This document shows, one piece after another, positions 37,877-46,388 of a stretch of DNA of 56,599 nucleotides (the stretch's first letter is position 1; every line of letters starts with the position of its first letter). A program made the position numbers and the translations under genes. The DNA is from a virus (Duplodnaviria; Caudoviricetes). The notes beneath the pieces are model-generated. The model was not told the DNA's origin. It made no database searches and saw nothing but the letters and a program-made list of their open reading frames with translations. The stretch lies in IMG/VR virus record IMGVR_UViG_3300033233_000046, positions 1 to 56,599 of that record. One strand, written 5' to 3'.

Positions 37877-38151
37877 GCGCACAAGTTCAAATAGTTAAAT
37901 TTTTAGAGTACATGAAAATTCCTATAGCGGGGCATGTCCACGAGGGCTGTAACTTAGGGAATTGTGCTTATCTGCAAATAGACTTTAGTACCCCCGAAGG
38001 TCTAAATGCATTGGGCAACGCCCTTGAAATGTTTATACGCTCTCAAAAGGAGGAAGGGAAACGATTGGCTGAAGAATCCAAGTTCTTCGCAAGACGGTTG
38101 TTTGAAGTAGTAGAGGAAAAGGAGGTGACAAATGACAGCTTCTCAGATTAA
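37873..38151 (+). CDS. Hypothetical protein
   Basis: ATGA coupling. Confidence 0.5.
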   Translation: MSAQVQIVKFLEYMKIPIAGHVHEGCNLGNCAYLQIDFSTPEGLNALGNALEMFIRSQKEEGKRLAEESKFFARRLFEVVEEKEVTNDSFSD

Positions 38152-38311
38152 TGTCGTAACAAACGTTATCGCTGGACTTATGGCGATTCTCGAACCCGTG
38201 AGAGTGTATCTCACAAGTCAGCCGTTTAACTGGACAACCTTTGGCATATGCTTAGGTGGCGCAGTTATTGGATGGTTTACAGGCAAGAGTACACTGGCGG
38301 CAGTAAAATAA
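38132..38311 (+). CDS. 59-aa two-TM holin-like protein (not in ORF track)
   Basis: AAGGAGGT RBS; MTASQINVVTNVIAGLMAILE...FGICLGGAVIGWFTGK. Confidence 0.6.
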   Translation: MTASQINVVTNVIAGLMAILEPVRVYLTSQPFNWTTFGICLGGAVIGWFTGKSTLAAVK

Positions 38312-38440
38312 TGAGTGACCGCCCCCCAGATCACATGGATGAAAGGCTTGAGAACTTAGGCAAGCAGGAGAAGAGACTTTTCATATCAATACCCATCACT
38401 AAGATATATTTGTGGTGGAAAAAGAGAAAGGAGAAAAAAT

Positions 38441-38836
38441 ATGAGAATGACGTTGGGGAAAATAGTGAAGACCCTCGCATTAAGCGTTTTCATTATAAGT
38501 CTAAGTAGTTGCGCCACATGGAAGGGAAACGCTACGACAGCCTATCAGGGAATAGGTCTAAGTGGTGCAGAGATATGCAGTCAGGCTAAGGGGTTATGTG
38601 AGAATAACACCTTAAAGGAAACTGACTGTATCAAGATTAAGATTCTCTGTAACAAAGCAAGGGAATCTTATATTGTAGCTGGCAACGCTCTTTCGGCTGC
38701 AATCGAAACGGACAGCGCAATCACCAAAAACCAGAATATGACTGCTTACACGGCTGCGCTTAATGAACTGACGGCCTTAATCCCTGAGATAGTAAAGCTT
38801 GCGGCCAGTCTCGGTATAACAGGAGGTGTAAAATGA
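38441..38836 (+). CDS. Lipoprotein in lysis cassette (spanin-like)
   Basis: LALSVFIISLSS-C lipobox; helical body. Confidence 0.6.
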   Translation: MRMTLGKIVKTLALSVFIISLSSCATWKGNATTAYQGIGLSGAEICSQAKGLCENNTLKETDCIKIKILCNKARESYIVAGNALSAAIETDSAITKNQNMTAYTAALNELTALIPEIVKLAASLGITGGVK

Positions 38837-39078
38837 AGATAAGCGAAGTAAGCGTAGACGATATAGCAAAACTTTCAGGCATAGCAATAGGGCTTTTTAC
38901 GCTTGGCACCAAGCTGGTTGCTCTCATTAATGAAAGCCAGTCTATTAATCAGGAAGACAAAGATGCACTCAAAGCTTCCATTAAAAATGCACAGGCTCAA
39001 TGGCCTGAATGGGAATCAGGAGGCGAACAAAGCGGATGCCCTATTTCCTTACCCGCCGTACTCTATCCCCCAATTTAA
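38833..39078 (+). CDS. Small hypothetical protein
   Basis: AGGAGG RBS; overlaps previous stop. Confidence 0.5.
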   Translation: MKISEVSVDDIAKLSGIAIGLFTLGTKLVALINESQSINQEDKDALKASIKNAQAQWPEWESGGEQSGCPISLPAVLYPPI

Positions 39079-39084
39079 AGGTGT

Positions 39085-39937
39085 CATCATCCGAAACGCG
39101 ATAGTCATATCAGACATTCATGCTGGCTGCAAATTAGGCTTGTGTCCTCCGAGTGTCAAGCTTGATGAGGCAGGTTCATATACACACTCCCCTCTTCAGG
39201 CTAAGGTATGGGAGATGTGGCTGGAGTTTTGGGATGAATGGGTCCCCATGGTGACAAGGGGAGAAGACTACGCTGTTATCCTTAATGGAGATGCCATTGA
39301 GGGGGCACACCATAACGCAAGTACGCCGATAACCAATAATCTCAAAGACCAGAGAGCCATAGCCTTTGAAATCCTTTCTCCGATAGTAAATAACCCTCGA
39401 TGTAGGGAATATTATCATATCCGTGGCACGGAAACGCATGTCGGCATCTCAGGAGAGCATGAAGAAGCACTTGCGGAACAACTCAGAGCGATACCGAACG
39501 AGTTTGGGAATCATGCACGTTGGGAAATGTGGTACAGATTACATGGGTGTCTCATACATTTTACTCATCATGTAGGCTCTACATCTTCCGCTGCTTACGA
39601 GAGCACCGCTGTCTTTAAGGAATTAGTTGAAGCATACAACGAATCTGGCAGGTGGAACAACGAACCTCCGGTAGCAGTGGTGAGATCGCATAGACATAGG
39701 GGTATGCACATCGTTATTCCCACGGATTCTGGTTATGGGATGAGCATTGTTACCCCAGGATGGCAATTGAAAACTCCTCATGTTTATAGGATGGGCTTAG
39801 GCAGAAGCTCTACCCCTCAAATCGGCGGTTATCTGTTACGGCATGGGGACGAAGATCACTTATATCCAAGGTTTAGAATCTGGAAGATTCAAAGACCTGC
39901 GGAGGTTGGAAATGGGCGAGACGAAGATAACGTTTGA
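39085..39937 (+). CDS. Calcineurin-like metallophosphoesterase (start uncertain)
   Basis: ISDIH, NGDAIEG, RGTETH, THH, RSHRH motifs. Confidence 0.8.
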
Positions 39938-40175
39938 AGAGGTAATGTCCGAACTGGACAAGTACCGTGGCTCGCAGCAGATGAAGAACCACTTTACGGA
40001 TGAGCAAATAGCTTTTATCCGTAAATGCAGAGATCATGCCGTTCCTGTAGCTTATAGTAAAATGTGCGAATTATGGGAAAAACTCGGATGGGGACCGATA
40101 ACAAGGGCAACCATGATTTACCGATGCGGAACTATCATAAAACATGGTGACACTACCATAAAGGATGGTAAGTGA
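39912..40175 (+). CDS. Hypothetical protein
   Basis: GGAGG RBS before ATG 39912. Confidence 0.5.
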   Translation: MGETKITFEEVMSELDKYRGSQQMKNHFTDEQIAFIRKCRDHAVPVAYSKMCELWEKLGWGPITRATMIYRCGTIIKHGDTTIKDGK

Positions 40176-40507
40176 AGCCCCCTATCTATCTCGCCTGTCC
40201 GTACTCTCATCCTGATAAGGAAGTGAGAGAGCAGAGATTTAGAGCGGCGAACAGAGCAGCAGGCAATCTCATGCAGGAAGGTCTTCACGTTTATTCCCCA
40301 ATTTCTCATACGCACCCAATAGCCGTAGAATGCGAACTTCCGAAGGGATGGGATTATTGGGAAGCATTTGACCGGATATATATTTCTTTTTGCTATAAGA
40401 TAGTTGTCTTAAAAATTGAAGGATGGGAACAGAGCAAAGGAGTAAGGGCTGAAATGGCGATAGCCAAAGAGATGAACATCCCGATTGAGTTTATGGAGGA
40501 AGTATGA
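40172..40507 (+). CDS. DUF1937 / nucleoside 2-deoxyribosyltransferase-like protein
   Basis: IYLACPYSHPD, SPISHTH, GWEQSKGVRAE. Confidence 0.85.
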   Translation: MKPPIYLACPYSHPDKEVREQRFRAANRAAGNLMQEGLHVYSPISHTHPIAVECELPKGWDYWEAFDRIYISFCYKIVVLKIEGWEQSKGVRAEMAIAKEMNIPIEFMEEV

Positions 40508-40610
40508 AGGAGGCATGGAGAAAGTTTAAATGTTTCCTATTTCATCCTGAGTGGTGGCAACGTCACGGAAGCGAAAAGATATATTGCTTTAGATGTGGGC
40601 GGTGGCTTGT

Positions 40611-40811
40611 ATGAAACCCACTCCATCAGATGTCGAGGGCGTGATACGGGAGTGCTATGAGAAGTTCATAGACGGGGAACGGGAACATGGTACGCTCGAC
40701 CTGGACGCTGATAGGAGGAACTGGATTGACGAGACCATTGAGGAGCTTGAGGACTCGGTTAATTATCTTGTCTTCCAGATATTAAAGCTGAAGAGGCTAC
40801 GGGATGTCTAA
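40611..40811 (+). CDS. Small all-alpha NTP-pyrophosphatase-like protein
   Basis: ETIEELEDSVNY EExxD motif. Confidence 0.5.
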   Translation: MKPTPSDVEGVIRECYEKFIDGEREHGTLDLDADRRNWIDETIEELEDSVNYLVFQILKLKRLRDV

Positions 40812-41086
40812 TACATTTCATGCGCCGAAAGTAGGCTAAAGAGATGACAAACGGCACTCGAAATATAGCGGATAAACATACCTGCGGCAACTGTGGACGG
40901 ACACGTATTATGTCCGGTATTATTAAATGCCGTTTAAAAAGCAGAAAGATTGATCCTGATACTTATGCTCCCATTTTTAGGGATGCTCCGGCGTGCAGAC
41001 AGTGGCGAAGGCAAGAAGCTTGTATTCAGGATTGAGTACGATTGTATTTAAATGTAGACGACCTCACCGCCTCAACCTCCCCACTA

Positions 41087-41120
41087 GGGGCTAAGTTCTC
41101 CATGCTTAGCCCTGCTTTTT
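41087..41120 (+). terminator. Intrinsic terminator closing the late operon
   Basis: GGGCTAAG / CTTAGCCC stem then GCTTTTT. Confidence 0.65.
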
Positions 41121-41159
41121 AATGCTACAAAAATGTAGTAGTTGCGACAAAATGAGTGC

Positions 41160-41188
41160 TTGACATCCTTTCTTATTTCCTGTAATTT
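41160..41188 (+). promoter_or_regulatory. sigma70-type promoter opening the early region
   Basis: TTGACA-17 nt-TAATTT just downstream of the terminator. Confidence 0.5.
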
Positions 41189-41496
41189 AATAGGTGAGAT
41201 GCTAGGAAAAAAGATAAACCCGTTAAAACCTCCAATGAACTCCCCTCTGGGTGCGCCTTCTGTGGTCAGTGAGTCAACATCTGATTCTTGGCATCTCAAC
41301 GCAGATGTGCGCACCCTCTCACCGATAAATATGGCGCTGAAATACATCATCATCATCCGACGTGAGTTCCGGGACTACTCGGCTTATTTTCATACGCTGC
41401 CCGTGAGCGCACAGGATGCCATTGGTATTCTGGCAACAAGAGGGAAGAAAGAACAACTCATATCAGTTTTAATAACCCAAAACTAAGGGAGGGAGT

Positions 41497-42012
41497 ATGT
41501 ATGAACTTGTTTCATGGATTGAGTATATGGACAATATCTTGTTTCTAACGAGCAAGGAACTTACGACAAAGGAGGGCCGGGAACTGAAAAAATATCTCGG
41601 TGAGCAGTTCGAGAACGACATCAAGGGGCATGGGGCCATTAGAAAATACTACGGCCTTAAAAGCAATAAAGGAAACGATAGGGAATGCAACGATTTCTCT
41701 TCGACAAAAAAATTCCCGCCCGAAATTGTGAAGGCTATCAAGGAGGGATTATTCGAGGGCATTGGCATTGCTGTAAACATTCTTACCCCTAAAGCGTTAG
41801 CTGAGTACAAGAAGGTGGAAGGGCAGGCGTTAGCCGAGTACAAGAAGGTGCGAGGGCAGGCGTGGACTGAGTACAAAAAAGTGGAAGGGCAGACGTTAGC
41901 TGACTACAAGAAGGTGCAAGGGCAGGCGTTAGCTGAGTACGAGAAGGTGCAAGGGCAGGCGTTTTGGAGCCTCGTGAAAATAGCAGGGAATAGAAGAGAA
42001 GAATGGAAGTAA
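41497..42012 (+). CDS. Hypothetical protein with five 11-aa helical repeats
   Basis: ALAEYKKVEGQ-type repeats; strong RBS. Confidence 0.8.
   Translation: MYELVSWIEYMDNILFLTSKELTTKEGRELKKYLGEQFENDIKGHGAIRKYYGLKSNKGNDRECNDFSSTKKFPPEIVKAIKEGLFEGIGIAVNILTPKALAEYKKVEGQALAEYKKVRGQAWTEYKKVEGQTLADYKKVQGQALAEYEKVQGQAFWSLVKIAGNRREEWK
41794..41958 (+). repeat. 5 x 33-bp coding tandem repeat
   Basis: GCGTTAGCTGAGTACAAGAAGGTGxxAGGGCAG units. Confidence 0.95.
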
Positions 42013-42213
42013 CTCATATCTCCTCAGTTCCGTTTCACACGGGTCGGAACAACCTTCCTGTTGGCAATCTCACCCGTAAAAAAGAATCTTGCAAGGGTAG
42101 GGCAACATGATTGATAAGATCCCGCTCCCCATGTCCGTCATTCAGGCCGAGGGCCAGGAGGAATCAATCGCATTATCAAATGTGCTATTTGAACGAAAAC
42201 GACAGGACGAAAA

Positions 42214-42414
42214 GTGGGGAGAGCAGAATCATCATCCGTATGTCTGGCTTGCCATTTTAAGCGCATGAATCGTAAACCTGAATGGGCAAAAGAATTCAAT
42301 ATGACATATAAATGCCTAGCAACAAGGATAGAGAGAGGATGGTCAATTGAACGGGCATTAACACGATCGGTTCAGCAGAAAGGAAAACGCAGTGGGACAG
42401 TTATTTCCACTTGA
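42214..42414 (+). pseudogene. Remnant of HNH homing-endonuclease-like gene (C-terminal DNA-binding tail)
   Basis: EWAKEFNMTYKCLATRIERGWSIERALT; no intact nuclease domain upstream. Confidence 0.5.
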
Positions 42415-42627
42415 TAGGTCCGAGGATGCCGCTTGGGGCAAAGCGGAGGAATATAGTTGTGATTTATGCTCGTGCATTATGGGAGCCTGGGAGTATTTCA
42501 CAGGCAATGGAACCTGTGTGATATGTCGGAGGGAGGATTATGAAACATAAAAGAATCAAAACAAGGATTGCATGGCCTGCTAATACTCATATTGATCTCG
42601 GAGGATGGCTCGCAAAAAGGAGGCGTG

Positions 42628-42828
42628 ATGAAGACAACCTTTAAAATGATTCTCATCCTCATCTTACTTACCGCCCTTTATGGCTGGTGGGTAGAGTTGA
42701 ACAGGCCGGAACATATCGTAACCGAGGACGCAGAGCATATCATCATTAGACATCAACCTCATTACTCCTATGCGCCCGTTGTGGTGGCAGGGGCAGGGGA
42801 TCAGGGCATGAGGAAGGTGGGGGAGTGA
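42628..42828 (+). CDS. Small membrane protein
   Basis: AGGAGG RBS; N-terminal TM. Confidence 0.5.
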   Translation: MKTTFKMILILILLTALYGWWVELNRPEHIVTEDAEHIIIRHQPHYSYAPVVVAGAGDQGMRKVGE

Positions 42829-42965
42829 CGCTGGAACTTTTCGCTGCGATAATCCTTGCGGTTCTTATCGCCCTATGCAGCAGGGGGCTCTAGTGGAGAA
42901 GTGTACTCTTATAGTCCCGTCCAACGCATGGGGTTCAAGAACTGTGAAGGGTGTGAGGGAAAGAA

Positions 42966-43800
42966 ATGAAATATAGGGACTTTATACAGTCAAAACAGAT
43001 TGTTGATAACCCCTGCGGTATATCTGTGAATGGTGATCTTAACCCGATGCTCTTTGGATTCCAGCACGATATTGTCAGGTGGGCGGTTAAGCGTGGACGC
43101 GCTGCAATATGGGCGGATTGTGGCCTAGGCAAAACTCCAATGCAGTTAGAGTGGGCGCGTCATATCCCCGGTGATGTCCTTATCCTTGCCCCCCTTGCGG
43201 TATCTCAACAAACAATCAGAGAGGGGGACAAATTCGGTATTGAGGTAAATTACTCTCGCCATCAGGAACAAGTGCAGTCCGGCATAACTATCACCAATTA
43301 TGAAATGCTCCACAACTTTGATGCACAAGCAACTCTGTAAAGATTCTGCTATCTGCCGTTCTGGATTGCCTGATTATCTTATCACTATGAGAAAGCCAGG
43401 GGAGAACATGGAACCTATATCTCACCCCAATGGTCTTGAGGAGTTTCATGGAGACAACTCACCCACTAAAGGAGTGCTCTCACACGAACGGTGGAGGCGG
43501 TATGCCTCACCCGTATGGATGGATATTAATCAGACTGACACACTCCAATATTCATCGGCAAGAGAAGAAAAGGACGAAAGGCACATATGTCCGTTGCAAC
43601 TCGATACCATCCGGCGTGGGTTGCACCTTTGGACAAATCCCGGCGATCTTGTCCTCTCACCTTTCGCAGGTATCGGATCAGAAGGCTATGTTGCCTTAGA
43701 AATGGGGAGGCAATTCATCGGTATGGAGTTGAAGGAATCCTACTTCAAGCAGGCCGTAAACAATCTGAGGAACATTAAGAAACAGGGAATACTCATATGA
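42966..43800 (+). pseudogene. SNF2-like helicase / DNA methyltransferase locus with large internal deletion
   Basis: Helicase start (ADCGLGKT, LILAPLAV, ITNYE) stops before the DExx box and abuts, out of frame at ~43322, an MTase C-half (HICPLQLD, SPFAGIGSEG) with no catalytic xPPY/F motif. Confidence 0.8.
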
Positions 43801-43895
43801 CGCACGGCGACATCACAGCCTTGTATGAAATCAAGAGGGTAATCCGTCTGACGGTAACACGGCCTTTGAGCCTGTTATTCTTACCAACGAGGAGA

Positions 43896-43908
43896 TAACA
43901 CTTTGATT
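43896..43908 (-). promoter_or_regulatory. IHF binding site
   Basis: Minus strand AATCAAAGTGTTA matches WATCAANNNNTTR exactly. Confidence 0.6.
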
Positions 43909-43928
43909 TTTAAGGCATTACAGAAAGC

Positions 43929-43965
43929 TCCAGAGTCTGCCGTCCTGCCATTGGACGACTCCCCA
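43929..43965 (-). tRNA. 5' half of tRNA-Gln(CUG), probable attP core; not a full tRNA
   Basis: Minus strand TGGGGAG-TC-GTCC-AATGGCA-GGAC-G-GCAGA-CTCTGGA: acceptor 5' strand, D arm, anticodon loop with CTG; no T arm or 3' acceptor strand follows. Confidence 0.85.
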
Positions 43966-44000
43966 AAATTCAATGATTTTCGCTGCTTGAAGCAGTTCCC

Positions 44001-44030
44001 ATTATACCCCAAACTCTCAAAAACTGTCAA
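44001..44030 (-). promoter_or_regulatory. Consensus sigma70 promoter facing the tRNA half
   Basis: Minus strand TTGACA (44030-44025), 18 nt, TATAAT (44006-44001). Confidence 0.8.
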
Positions 44031-44035
44031 AATTC

Positions 44036-44065
44036 ACCAAAAACCTTACCAAAAACCTTACCAAA
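44036..44065. repeat. 12-bp tandem repeat, possible integrase arm-type sites
   Basis: ACCAAAAACCTT x2.5; CTTACCAA recurs at 43880-43887 across the tRNA half. Confidence 0.6.
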
Positions 44066-44253
44066 TTTTCGTGGGTGGTGATGACGGGGTCGGGTCGTAA
44101 CGGACAGCCGAGGATCAGGGACGAGGTGATGAAGATAAGGGAGTTGTGGCGTCGGCACGAGGGCGGAGAGATCAGCAGAGAGGAAATGGAGGAGGAACTG
44201 AGGAAGCTGAGACGTCCGCCGTTGTTTTCTAAATTTGAAGACGAGGAAAGGAG

Positions 44254-44535
44254 GTGATGAGAATGCATTACAAGGACGGGACCGTAGCGCAGATCGGTGA
44301 TTTAGCGAAGGGCACAACTTACAATCGCCAGGGCGAACGTGTTGGCACTATCGTCTCGATAACGCCGGGGTCAGATTTGTGCAATTGCAAGCTGGCGAAC
44401 ATTATCGAGGTTAAGCCCGAAGAGGCTTGTGAGCACGAACACTTATTTATGATTGTTCAACCCGATGGGAGCCGACGACTCTTCAAGGTGGACGTCGATT
44501 ACACGGAAGTGAAGGCGCTGGAAAAGGTCGCCTGA
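44254..44535 (+). CDS. Hypothetical protein
   Basis: AGGAGG RBS; operonic. Confidence 0.6.
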   Translation: MMRMHYKDGTVAQIGDLAKGTTYNRQGERVGTIVSITPGSDLCNCKLANIIEVKPEEACEHEHLFMIVQPDGSRRLFKVDVDYTEVKALEKVA

Positions 44536-44544
44536 GGAGGAAGA

Positions 44545-44793
44545 ATGCCGTTAACGATTTTGATAAACAATATGCCTTACGAGGTCCCGAAGCCCGCGAT
44601 GACCGGCGAGGAGATCAAAGAGCTTGCCGGTGGGCCGATGGATTACTGGCTGGTGCTTAGGAAAGGTTCCCCTGATCCCGTAGCCGGCGAAGATAATGTA
44701 CGCATTGAGGATGAAGAAGCCGTGGACATGCAGTCCGGAATGCAGTTCAGGATTATTAATGCCGCGACTTTCGGGGCATTGCAGGCAGCCTGA
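44545..44793 (+). CDS. Multi-ubiquitin-domain (beta-grasp Ubl) protein
   Basis: ILINNMPYEV...MTGEEIKELAG...YWL...IEDEEAVDMQSGMQF...ATFG pattern; GAGGAGG RBS. Confidence 0.72.
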   Translation: MPLTILINNMPYEVPKPAMTGEEIKELAGGPMDYWLVLRKGSPDPVAGEDNVRIEDEEAVDMQSGMQFRIINAATFGALQAA

Positions 44794-44938
44794 AGGCTGG
44801 GCCGGGGATGGCACGGGAGGATGGACAGGGAGAAAACTTCTCCCGGCGTAATAAGGTCCTTGTCTAACCCGGCCCTTTTCAAAAGGAGGGGCAGTGAAGG
44901 AGGTTCTGGAACTTGAACCATTTTAGGAGGAATAAATC

Positions 44939-45391
44939 ATGAAATCCTATAACTTCATCATCCTGGGCAATCCTCTTGCACAGGGGCGCCCTCGGTTCTT
45001 TGTCCGTCAGGGAAAGAGCGGTGGTAAGTTTGTCGGTGCCTACGATCCGGCGACATCGAAGAGTTGGAAGGAAACAATCAAGTGGCAGGTAATAGAACAG
45101 AAACCGGAAATAATCAGCGGTCCTGTCGCCATGACTCTCCATTTCATGCTTCCGAGACCGAAAGGGCATTTTAGAACAGGAAAAAACGATAAGGTATTGA
45201 AACCCTCAGCACCGAAATATCACATCGTTAAGCCCGATATTGATAATCTCGAAAAAGCCGTGAAAGATGCACTAAGGAGCATTTGTTATAGAGATGACTG
45301 TCAGATAATTTCTACAACCGTCACGAAAGAATACGGCAATCACACAACGGGCGTGAACATCGAACTCACGGAGGTTATTAGTGGCACTTAA
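44939..45391 (+). CDS. rusA: RusA-family Holliday junction resolvase
   Basis: GNPLAQGRPRF, KPDIDNLEKAVKDAL, YRDDCQI. Confidence 0.92.
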   Translation: MKSYNFIILGNPLAQGRPRFFVRQGKSGGKFVGAYDPATSKSWKETIKWQVIEQKPEIISGPVAMTLHFMLPRPKGHFRTGKNDKVLKPSAPKYHIVKPDIDNLEKAVKDALRSICYRDDCQIISTTVTKEYGNHTTGVNIELTEVISGT

Positions 45392-46064
45392 TCTTCAGTC
45401 CGGCAATATGTACGATTTCATCACGCACACATGGAATCCCATTAAGGGGAAATGCTCACATACCTGTTCTTATTGCTACATGCACCAAGAGAGATTGAAA
45501 GCACTCCGCCTTGACGAGAAGGACTTACAGACCGATCTCGGAGAAAGCAATGTTATTTTCGTCGGCTCCTCGACGGATATGTGGGCGAAAGATGTACCGG
45601 AGGAGTGGATTCGGGCGGTCATCGAGAGATGTGACCCCGCCGATAATAGATTTCTTTTTCAGTCTAAGAATCCCCGGCGGTTACTTTCTATGCCGAACAA
45701 TGCCAATTTTATCTTCGGCACAACGATCGAGACGAATAGAGATTATAAAATTTCTCAGGCTCCGATAGCATTGCTTAGGGCTGGAACAATGAAAGCCCTG
45801 CGGGAAAGCGGTTCAGAAGTCATGGTCACTATCGAACCCATCATGGACTTTGACCTCGTTGCATTTTCAATGCTTATAGAGGACATTAGACCCTCATGGG
45901 TGAACATCGGGGCCGATAGTAAGGGTCACAAGCTCCCTGAACCCTCATGGGAGAAAGTGCAGAATTTGATAAAGATTTTGAAGACGTTCACGGGAGTAAG
46001 AGAGAAGAAGAACATCGGAAGGCTGAAGCGGGGAGTTATTAACCATCAAACGGAGGGAGTATGA
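45381..46064 (+). CDS. DUF5131 (Gp37/Gp68, radical-SAM-like) protein
   Basis: TWNPIKGKCSHTCSYCY, IFVGSSTD, SKNP, GTTIETN, TIEPI. Confidence 0.85.
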   Translation: MALNLQSGNMYDFITHTWNPIKGKCSHTCSYCYMHQERLKALRLDEKDLQTDLGESNVIFVGSSTDMWAKDVPEEWIRAVIERCDPADNRFLFQSKNPRRLLSMPNNANFIFGTTIETNRDYKISQAPIALLRAGTMKALRESGSEVMVTIEPIMDFDLVAFSMLIEDIRPSWVNIGADSKGHKLPEPSWEKVQNLIKILKTFTGVREKKNIGRLKRGVINHQTEGV

Positions 46065-46387
46065 ATATTAGGCATGGAGATTTAGTACTTATCGGAATTG
46101 AGAAATTGCCAGAAGGACTCACGGCTACGGAAGCAACGGTAATTATGAAGGGTAGCGGAGGGAATGACCACACAGTTGTGAAGGGTGTGATCTATCCGAA
46201 TGCTGATAGGCAATTTATTGTCGGCTATTTGGAAGCGAAAAGAGGTTGCAGACTTCTTCATCCCGAACATGGGAAAAACAGAAAGATAAGTGGCGATTTG
46301 CGCATAGTTCGCATCCCCCAAGGATTCTATGAGTTGCGCAGGCAGTCAGAAGATACCCACAATGGCATGGTGAAGGTGGTGGACTGA
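46061..46387 (+). CDS. Conserved-type small 'R(Q/H)GD' His-motif protein
   Basis: IRHGDL, GGNDH, LLHPEH, GFYELRRQSE; upstream of the repeat protein. Confidence 0.7.
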   Translation: MNIRHGDLVLIGIEKLPEGLTATEATVIMKGSGGNDHTVVKGVIYPNADRQFIVGYLEAKRGCRLLHPEHGKNRKISGDLRIVRIPQGFYELRRQSEDTHNGMVKVVD

Positions 46388-46388
46388 G

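Noticed and set aside
43929-43965. Complete or intron-split tRNA gene
   Set aside because: No T arm or 3' acceptor strand found downstream or noticed elsewhere in the window.
44809-44825. Second sigma54 promoter (TGGCAC)
   Set aside because: No TTGC at the -12 position.
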